Made by a program: the position numbers and the translations under genes
Shown here: positions 1 through 9,556 of the stretch, in pieces
How the letters are laid out: each line of letters begins with the position of its first letter
How positions within the stretch are numbered: the stretch's first letter is position 1
Assembly: GCA_013239625.1 (NCBI GenBank)
Contig: MU053873.1
Span: 386,524-446,523, forward strand
Direction of reading: 5' to 3'
Source: Lama guanicoe
Taxonomy: Eukaryota
DNA length: 60,000 nucleotides
Notes under the pieces: model-generated
The model's input: only the letters and a program-made list of their open reading frames with translations
The model's database searches: none
What the model was told of the DNA's origin: nothing

Positions 1-454
1 ACTTAATAATGAAGCATTAATCTCTCCTCTTTAATACCACACCTAAATATCCTAACATAATAGGTGCTAAAACAGAAACATTTGTTTCCTCACTGACTTA
101 TGAGGGCCCACTGTAACAACTGTGCCCTTATGGCTGGCTTGAGGATTCTTTTCAAAACAAAATCTCACCTTTGAGACTAAAATACCACAGTAGACTGCTT
201 TACAAAATCTGGGACTTCACGAGTCACAACTGCTCTTACTATAGGCACAGACAGCTCAATGAACCAGCTACCCTTCCTTTAGCTCTCAGAAGGATATGAA
301 CAGCATAAACCTCAGTGAGCTACTCTGATAGATCCCTTTCTAAGAAATAAGACCAGAAATCATACTGATAGTCTACCTTAAGATGCTATTAATACCCAGG
401 CTTTTAATTAGGAATTTTAGTTAGGCATTTATTACAATTAAAAATTATAAAGGT

Positions 455-850
455 AATACTATTTGGCAATAAAAAGGGATAAAGTTCTAATACATGTTAT
501 AACATATATGAACCTTGAGTATGTTATGCTAACCTTGAGGATGTTATGCTACTAAGTGAAAGAAGTCAGTCACAAAAGACCACATATTATATGATTCCAC
601 TTATATAAAGTGTCGAGAATAGGCAAAGCTATAGAGAAAGAGTGTAGATTTACTGGTAACCCAGAGCTAGGGAGCTTGGGGAGAGAATGGGGAGTGACTA
701 CTAATGGTTCTGGCGTTTCCTTTGGGGTGGGTGAAAATGTACTAATATTGATTGTAGTGATGGTTGCACAAGTCTGAATATACTTTAAAAAAATCACTAA
801 GCTATACACATTAAAAGGGTGAATTGTATGTGACATCTCAATAAAGCTGT
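455..850 (+). mobile_element. Old L1 (L1MB/L1ME-like) 3' end
   Basis: aagtgaaagaagtcagtcacaaaagaccacatattatatgattccacttata...ctcaataaagctgtt, typical L1M 3' region; internal 20-bp tandem duplication at 511-550. Confidence 0.8.
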
Positions 851-1054
851 TTTTTAAAGTTATAAAAAGTAATCAGTTCACTAAAAAATAAATTAGAATG
901 AAAAGCTAGTAAGCAAAAAAATTTAATGTCCACCAATTCTGTATCGTATAGAGAACTGTCAATGTCTTAACTCCCATTGAAATTGTTTCTAAACACATAT
1001 ATATACACATATAACACACATGTAGGGTACAGATGGATTTAAATAAAACATATT

Positions 1055-1492
1055 ATTGACAGCACTATATACAACAGCCAAGACATGGAAACAACCTAAA
1101 AGTCTATCAACAGATGACTGAAAGAAGAAGTTGTGGTATATTTATACAATTGAATACTACTCAACTATAAAAAATAAAATAATATCATCTGCAACAACAT
1201 GGATTGACCTGGAGATCGTCATTCTAAGGGAAGTAAGCCAGAAAGAGAAAGATACCATATGATATCACTTATATGTGGAATCTTAAAAAAAAATTAGACA
1301 AATGAACTTATTTACAAAACAGAAACAGACTCACAAAAATAGAAAAACTTATGGTTATTGGGGGGAAGTACGGATAAATTGGGAGTTTGAGATTTGCAGA
1401 TACTAACTACTACTATATATAAAATAGATAAACAAGTTTATACTGTATAGTACAGGTAACTATATTCAATATCTAGACTTCAATTAAAAAAA
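1055..1492 (+). mobile_element. Artiodactyl/camelid L1 3' fragment (ORF2 end plus 3'UTR)
   Basis: gccaagacatggaaacaacctaaa...cacttatatgtggaatc...cttcaattaaaaaaa. Confidence 0.85.
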
Positions 1493-1550
1493 TACTACTG
1501 AATCTATTTGTCCTCTTCAAGGAATAATGTGAGAAAGATTTTGTTTTTTA

Positions 1551-1882
1551 ATTTTTCCCCTATTTTAAAAAAAAATTACAGTTGATTTACAGTGCTGTAT
1601 TAATTTATGATGTATAGCATAGTGACTGAGTTATACATATATATAAACATTATTTTTCATTACAGGTTACTACAAGCCTTTGAATACAGTTCCCTGTGAT
1701 ATATATTAGGACCTTGTTGTTTATCTATTCTGTACATAGTAGTTTGTAGCTGTTAATCCCAAACTCCCAATTTATCCCTACCCAACTCCACCCCCGTAAC
1801 CGTAAGTTTGTTTTCTCTGTGAGTCTGTTTTGTAAATCAGTTCGTTTGTGTCATTTTTTAAAGATTCCACATATTAGTGATT
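1551..1882 (-). mobile_element. L1 3'UTR fragment with degenerate target-site duplication
   Basis: Reverse-complement L1 3'UTR (tttatctattctgtacatagt...agattccacatat); flanks aaagattttgtttttta (1534-1550) and aaagactttggttttta (1883-1899). Confidence 0.85.
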
Positions 1883-3959
1883 AAAGACTTTGGTTTTTAA
1901 TCCTTAAACTCAAAAGCAATAAATCTGGCAATAAGCAAATTCCACCGGAGCCACAAGTTTGCTTCTAGTTTTTAAATCCTCCCTCATTGGAAGAGACAAG
2001 TATTGGAGTAATGTAAAGTATCTCTGTATTGCCAACACACTCCTACCATTGGGTCACCTGCTGAATGGAGCCAAACTGTAAATAAAACCTATATAATAAG
2101 TGCTGAGTAACCAATGAGCTGACCGATAGCAAATCTTTACAGAATAGGCTAGCAGGGCCTTTTCAGCCCATTCTTTTCTGAAATCTTTCCCAGAAGTGCT
2201 TGAGCAGAACAGCAGATAGTAGCTGTCAGCCTGGGTCTTGGGTTTTAAGGGCCATGGTATTGTAATAGATTGCAACTGAACTGCTGCAGTGAGCCGTTAA
2301 GTTTTCTGCAGTCTTCAAAAATGCTTCAGACTGCATGAAAGAGAATGAGAACACCACAGCTAAAAATCACTGAAGAACATTCCCATCATTTTACAAACAG
2401 AACCAGGAAAAATAAAAATTAAGATGTCTAATGGATATCTACTAAACATAGTGTTTCAGTTTTATATAGAAAGATATAAATGTTTAAACTATCCCTAAGT
2501 TAGTATTAGGCAAGCTCCCTAAATGACTAGAAGTTTCTAATAATCACTCAATGCACAAAGAGGGAAACTAAATTGTACCAGAGATGGGCACCCTTCGCAC
2601 CATCTTGCTGTGTTAAAGCAATCTCTGTATTCAATAATAAATGCAATTAAGCACTCCCTCATCACCATAGGAGAAAGCACTAATCAGGTGTTGTGCTGTC
2701 AAGTAACTGCTGCTAGCAACCTAGCAATCATTACTGCAATCTATAGACAACCAAATTCAGTAAACATACATTCATTTACTGAAACATAGGTTCAGAAGCA
2801 TCCTGCCACCTGGGTTGAGAGCAAAGCAGAGGGTAGTAGAGTATCCCAAAGCATTCTTCAACACACCACTTACAAAGCTCCCAAATAATGTAACAATCTA
2901 GTTTAGAGCTCAGAGACCCAAGATACATGTTCTGAAAACAGAGATAAATTCCTAGAAGCCTGTGAACCACATAAAAACTCTGACTTGTAATCTTTTGAGA
3001 GCAGATTTTCTGAGAAACTGCAAATAACATTTTTCACATATATATGCTATGATCTCTAGAAAGGGTTGGAAAAAACCCTATGGCTCATGCCCTCTAGAAT
3101 AAATTTTTGAAAGGAAAAAAAGCTTCCCATGTTTATTCTAAGAAGTTTTTCTTCAACTTGCACTTTCAGGCCTCTCTACCAAGAGGGAATTCACCGAATG
3201 TCCCTTACTCTGAGAATGAAAGTCCTTTTCCCTTATCCTCAGAGTCAGCAAACCCCACAAATACCAGGGCTGCTGATCTAACACAGCTGTTGGCCACAGA
3301 GCAGCAGCTGGCTGCTTTCCCTCTGTGAGCTGGGCCAATCGCTGATGAGACTCATAAGTCCTTTCAAGCTTTCACAGCTCTCTAATTCCTGTGTCATCCT
3401 TACCACTTGAATGATAGGTAAATTTGGTGACCTACTTTTCTAGGGGTGTCTGAAAACAAGAGTCATGAAAATTGAGACTGAAAACTTAATGGCTTCCACT
3501 GGGCCAGAAGAAACCTAACATATTTTTCCATGTCTCTCTATTCAGAGTGGCCTTCAGAATCTGCCTTCAGTGAACTAAATGAACAGCTGGTTACCTTAGT
3601 GGGAATTCCACAAGGAGATAAATCCCTTCTTGCTACCCTCAGTATTTCAATGGAGTGCCTCTTGGCATGAAAGAGTTCCTAACTAAGCCTCACTGGTTTG
3701 GCCCAAATTCAAGGAGAGTCCATAAAGTCTGCAACCTGGGAAAATGAAATGGAGAATGTGAATATTATAAGAGTATCTGAAACAGTTCCAAAATAAGAGG
3801 AAATGACTTCTTAAAAATTTAACATGATTCTGTGAGAACTGAGCTAACTAGTCACTGAATCACAAAAGCAGCCCTCAGGAATACAGCCTACTCCAATTAT
3901 TGCTTAGAAAAGCCCAGTCCTTACAGATTCATTCTGATGTCACAGCATACCTGCAACGT

Positions 3960-4085
3960 AAGAATATCATTCCCATTTTACTAATTGGAAACAGGCTGAG
4001 GTCAGGTGGGGAACTTACTCAAGGTGCCACAGCAAGGAGTGTCAGAAGACTTGAATTCCAAAACCTGTGCTCATCACCATGCCAC
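3960..4085 (-). mobile_element. MIR SINE remnant
   Basis: cccattttactaattggaaacaggctgagg...aacttactcaaggtgccacagc resembles the reverse MIR core. Confidence 0.6.
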
Positions 4086-4584
4086 CGTCCCCTTCTAAAA
4101 CTCGCCTCCCTTTGATCTCTCAGATCAGCTAAGCCCTAGCCTTCTCTAAATGCCTCCTCTCAAAGCAGAGTGCTTCCATGTGTCACAGTTTTGACCACAA
4201 AGACAATCACAATGACTCAAAATCTACACTCCCAATTCTTACTTTCTAGGACTCATCTCTCTCAAAAGGCCAACATCTGAAGCTAAACGAAAGTGAGCAC
4301 ATTATCTTCCCACAGAATGTCAGAAGGATCTTAAAATAGCAAGACCAGCCACTTTTCTATTAAAATTTTTTCAGTGTCAACTGAACCATCAGCTAGTGTT
4401 CCAGATGCAGTAAGTACTGGTGTATGACTGAAGAGCAGCTTTAGCAATAAGGAAGTACAGAATAGCCTGGAAAGTTCCCTAAACTCATCCCCTCCCCCCA
4501 CCAGGTTAGCAGCAACAGAAGCAGCAAACCACATGCAGGGGGTAGTCGCCCCAGAGCAAGCTGGGCCCGGCCAGGCTTACTTAC

Positions 4585-4698
4585 CTGTAGACGACAGCAG
4601 GGATGCGCTTCCAGGACCTGAAGCTTGCTACACTCTCTAGTTCTTTGTCAGTGATCCAGGCAGGCACTATTAGCTCCTGTGGATAGCTACCACACAGC
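4585..4698 (-). CDS. MTMR3: MTMR3 coding exon, 114 nt: (K)LCGSYPQELIVPAWITDKELESVASFRSWKRIPAVVY(R)
   Basis: cccattag|GCTGTGT...CTACAG|gtaagt; within ORF 4581..4766; myotubularin LCxSYP and FRSxxRIP motifs; phase 2-2. Confidence 0.97.
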
Positions 4699-7156
4699 CT
4701 AATGGGGAAGGTGAGAAAGAAGGAGGGGGGAAGAAGACAGAGGGAGGAGAAAAGAGGGAGAGACACTAGTGAGCCAGCATAAGGATGTGGATCAAGCTAC
4801 CCCAGAGCCAGTTAAAAGGCAATGAGGAACGTGACTTCAGTCTTGGCCTACTCAGTAGAACAGGCTGCCTAAATTGTTTACTTATGTATATGCTAAGTGA
4901 TACTATCTTGGATTATTCCACTTGATGCTGTCTTTTGGGAATCTAGCAATCTTAACTTCAACGAAAAAGGGGGGTTAAGAGGCAGTCGCTCCATTGTTAA
5001 CTGTTGTATCCAATATATGGGTCATCTCTAACTGCACAAGTGCCCAGTCCAACTGCAGAGATGAAAAGTCTGTGTTCCCTCTACCAGACCTTCGTCTTTT
5101 CAGGGAAATGTGTGAAGGACAAAAGCCCACAATTTCAAGTTTCCAGAGACCTCAGACTAACATAACAGGATGTCCTAATTATAGGTAACAGGTGCAGCCA
5201 TGGGTAGGTAGAACCAGCACTACAGGTCAGCCCCACCTGCACACATTATCACAGCTTCATTAAGCCAAGTTAGTAATATTGTTAATCATAATTTCTATAA
5301 AACATACTTCAGAACAAACTACACTGAGGGGAATAAAAGCTGTTTTCATTGGGGAAAATACTAGTAAGTGCATACTAGTTAAGCTGGTGCCCAAGAAGCA
5401 ATATATCTGATAGGTTTTTTACTTCCAAGACAGTGTCTCTCTGGGTAACCCAATATTCCTTCTCAACAATCAAAGCAATTAAGGCCTTTAATCCAAATCC
5501 TAAAATACACAAATAACTCCTCCTGCTCCTCCCCCTTCTCCTCCATGACCATCACCCCTATCCTGCCCTAGTGTATTTTACACATTAGGGGAAGAGGCAG
5601 AAAAAAACAAAGTGACTTAGGAATTGGGGGTTTTAATCATTCTGCACTGAGTATCTCTCTTGTTCTCAATTTCCAAAAAATTAAGTACCAGGGATTTAAA
5701 AGCCACTGAACCAGGAGAATAGTCATGACCAAGAGTAGATCTATAAAATTCCTAATATCTGTCCACAAACTCCTAAAAATAACCTGGTACACAGTACACA
5801 GTGATCATAAGTTAACACTATGAGTCTTGTTCCTTTTACCTTGTTTTAAACCTAAGAGTAAATTTAGTTCCTGTTCTTCCTTTGTAGTAGAAAGAACTTT
5901 TCAATGTCCTAAAGACTGGTTTTTGAAGTGGAAATAGTACATTCAAAGAAGTTAACTTTTAAAATCCCTATTAAATAGGGATTTTGAAAACAATAGCTTT
6001 TGAACTCCAATCTTTTTTTTAACTCTAAACTTCCCCCCCAACAAGTTTACTTAATTCAGTTTTTCAAAATTTCACCCAATATTCTGATCACTATATTTAT
6101 TCACTGTCCTATAAACACTACACTACCTAGTAGCCAGCTCTTCAGTAATAGCTGCTCATTTGTAGATAAGCAGTTTCCAGTATAGGAAATGTGGGTTACA
6201 CATGAACAAAGCCTGTGGCAGCCTCAGACTCCCTGAGGCGTCCCCTCCACTCTTCACCTTCCATTCTTTGCTTTGACTTGTCACTGAGAACAGGCAAAGA
6301 AGGTATGACAGGTCTGTGACTCCTGATTCTTCACACCACTTCAGGTTCTTAACTCCTTGGCCAAGGTCCATATTAAGAGCTGTGTGTAGTAATCAGCTGT
6401 AGTTCTACCAATGAAAAATGAAAAGCTCTGATGCCTACCCACAAATAGCCCAGGAAAACAGTTATAATTTGAGGCAGCTCAAAAGGACAACAGAGTGATT
6501 AATGCCTCCAATTGCCGCAGGGAAACGTAAGAGAAGGATGTATTAACTTAAAAATTCTGGACAATTTTGTTTTATAGAAACCTGGATCACCAAAATCAAA
6601 GTACTTCGCTGCCCTCACCAAAGTTCTTAAACCTTTTAAGAGAACAGGTAGCGGGAAATATTTTTAATAATGGTTACATATTTAATGGTTCAATGATCAC
6701 AGCTGTGAAGTTCATTTTCAATCAACAAATCAAAGAATAGTAATACGTATGCTTACTTCATAGAATCTAGAGTAAAATTAGAGTAAAAACCAGTTCATAA
6801 GTGTTTTATTACTGATCCCATCTCTAATGTGATGTCGAACGATGATGAGAATAGAAACTGCCTGCTTGCAGCTAAGCACAGTATCATCTGACAAGCCCAT
6901 GCCAGGAAGAATGGAGGCCTGGAGGGGATAGAAAGGAAGGTTCCTGGATCCCATTAAGTAAGGATCTCTTTCCACTCCAGTAATAGCAATGGGAATAGAA
7001 GGCTCAGAAAGTTCTGAAGATCATGCATTTAGATTTAATAAATAAAACCCCATTTGAAAGAAAAAGTAAGTTCAAGTGTTCTGCCGCATGAGAATTGGGG
7101 TTTCTGCAAAGGCAGTGGCCATGAAACATAGTCCACAGGGACCTAATACAACTCAC

Positions 7157-7253
7157 TTGTACTTCTCATTGATGTTGGAAATCCTCCAGGCATTGTTCAT
7201 ATCAAAACCCATCCGCTCCACTTCATTTTTAAACCTTGACGTTACGTGCTCCC
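7157..7253 (-). CDS. MTMR3: MTMR3 coding exon, 97 nt: (G)EHVTSRFKNEVERMGFDMNNAWRISNINEKY(K)
   Basis: tctctag|GGGAGCAC...GTACAA|gtgagt; within ORF 7153..7443; myotubularin WRISxIN motif; phase 1-2. Confidence 0.97.
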
Positions 7254-7914
7254 CTAGAGACCAAAGACAGGTAGCAGAAAGGAAGAAATAAATATGATTT
7301 TGCAAAACAGGTGGAATAAAAGCAGAGCTACCCTGCTCAGTCATTTTTTTAAAAGGGCAGGTATTGTATAAATAATATTTAGTTTTAAAATTCCCTTCCA
7401 GGATAAGACTATAAAAAGAAATGAGAAAATTAATTTTGATCAAGAATTACATTACCTCATCTAATCACTACTATCAACTCTGAGGGTAGGATCCCTGAGC
7501 TCATTTTACAGAGGACAAAACTGAGACTGAGGAGGTTATTACGGTGGGTCTGATTCCGAAACCCATATTCTTGTCACTATACAGGTGACTTTCCTATTTC
7601 CACACTCAGAATGGTGGTATATGTAAGAAATAAAACAGTAATGGTGAATAGTAATACAGATCTACAACTCATCAGAAACCCTTTGGGTCAGATTTTGGAA
7701 CTTGAATTTCCTGGTGCATCTATTATAATACTAGGTTAATGCTCTCAACAGCATTAACCAAACATTAACATTTCTATAGTGAAATGCATGGATAATTCAC
7801 ACTAAATGGGATAAGTAAGGCAACAAACAGCTTCATGTCAGCTCAGATCAGGTCAAGCCACCCAAAAAAAATAAGAAAATTCTTTTGATTTTACAGATTA
7901 CAGAACTGCAATTA

Positions 7915-8177
7915 AAACTTGTGGTTGCCAGGGGGGAGGAGGGTGGGAACGGACAGACTGGGAGGTTCGAGATTTGTAGATACTGACAGGTATATATAAA
8001 ATAGATAAACAAGTTTATACTGTGTAGCACAGGGAAATATATTCAAGGTCTTGTAGTAGCTTATGGTAAAAATATGAAAATGAATATATGTATATTCGTG
8101 TATGACTAAAAAATTGTGCTGTACACCAGAAATTGACACAACATTGTAAACTGACTATAAGTCAATTTAAAAAAAAT
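7915..8177 (+). mobile_element. Young L1 3'UTR fragment
   Basis: cttgtggttgccaggggggaggagggtggg...cacaacattgtaaactgactataagtcaatttaaaaaaaaa; same family as the element at 49082-49869. Confidence 0.85.
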
Positions 8178-9324
8178 CATGGGACTGTAACTGCCAATAC
8201 CCAGGAATCTCAAGAAACACCACACTATTAAGTGCTGAGCATTTGTAAGAACATCCATCCAAACAAGCATAACCTGCCTACATCTGCCCTAATGATTCTG
8301 ATTTCTTCTTAAGATAGTGAGCAACAAAGACAGAAATGAACCTAACGTTAAAGGCATTAAATCTGAAATAACTTCCTTCCCTGAAAACAGAGTCCTAGGG
8401 CAGTAATTAAACACACACACATACACACACAGCAAAAAAAACCAAAAAAACAAACCATTAAGCAGTACCTCTAACATACAGTGTTATAGGTTGTAAAACA
8501 AATGGTGGGGGGGGCTGGGAGAAATTACAATAACAAATAAAAGCACAAAACAGACTGCTGTTGATCAAAGCATAAAGCTTTGCTCTCCTTGGAAGAGGAG
8601 CTTCAGAAAAGGAAACAGCAATTACTTGAATTAAGGACAGTTCTATAAAACTACTTCCCATTTAAACTGCTTTCTAGAGTTTAAAACTAGGTATTACACA
8701 TTTCCTGAAGGAGAGCTATAAAAAGAGGTTCAGAGATATAGGAAGAACTTATCAGCTGAATCTATCCCATTTTGGAAAAGTTTTAAAAGCAATACAGGCT
8801 TCCAAATAGGAAAAAGTATCTGAATTGGAGTGCCATCTGCTTACAGATTGCAAGGAACAGTGACCATCAGGAATACTAGACAGAGGATCTTTCAATTATA
8901 ATCCCAATATTAAAGCTGTGAAACTATGACAACTTCCAAGTTCACTGACTAATGAGATTTTTCCCACCCTGGGATACAGCTCCAAGTCTTTGCAGAAGGT
9001 TTTTTAATTAATGGTCATTTACAGTAGTACCTCTATCTTAAACACACAAATACCCTAAATAGGATCCTATAATTTAAAAAAAATCACTGGCCAAAGAACC
9101 ACCACCACTTCCTCCGCTGCCATCACCGCAACCACCCTCCTCCTCTACTGGTAGTTTACTACAAGAACCACTGCCCAAAAAAGGGCTTAGAACCACTATC
9201 CCCACCTTGTAATTCTGAGCTACACACACAGAAATATACACTGAGTAGTGAGCATAGAAAATCTGTTATTTCAAGTTCCTTGAGAACAAGGAGTGAGTTT
9301 TAATTATCTCTGTATCCCCTAAAG

Positions 9325-9556
9325 CAGTGACTTCATAAACTTTGAAGCTGACCATTACAACCCACAATAAGCATGTTTTTTATCACAAGTCAATACAACA
9401 TGTTTATCTTTTTTTAAGTTTCACAAAACACTCACCCTTACTATGTGTAATACATTGGTATTTTCTATCCTAAATGTTTCATGTCATATTGCATTTCTTA
9501 AAACTTTGATTTCATGACCCACTAGTAGATCACAACCTACAGTTTGAAAACCACTG
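9325..9556. mobile_element. hAT-Charlie-type non-autonomous DNA element
   Basis: Termini cagtgacttcataaact... and ...cagtttgaaaaccactg (CAGTG...CACTG inverted ends). Confidence 0.55.

Larger units (their letters stand above)
3170..6960 (+). pseudogene. Putative decayed, intron-containing Dbl-family RhoGEF (DH-PH-SH3-like) gene nested antisense in MTMR3
   Basis: Splice-site-bounded, repeat-free segments at about 3170-3417, 3546-3695, 4250-4504, 4898-5184, 6131-6310 and 6764-6957 translate, with stops and frameshifts, to LTQLLATEQQ/WLLSLCEL, WEFHKE, RPTSEA...ECQKDL...FLLKFFQCQLNHQLVFQ, LDAV...LNFNEKGGLR, EKSVFPLPDLRLF, EMWV...EQAKKV*, ERKVPGSH*. These are collinear with recalled DH, PH and SH3 motifs. 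Confidence 0.5.

Noticed and set aside
511..550. 20-bp tandem duplication (similar ones at 41939-41970 and 50982-51045)
   Set aside because: Two-copy local slippage duplications without spacers; ordinary indel events, not an array
1..4584. Searched for the next MTMR3 exon (expected HQSNGAVIAR...)
   Set aside because: No matching minus-strand frame found; the exon presumably lies left of the window
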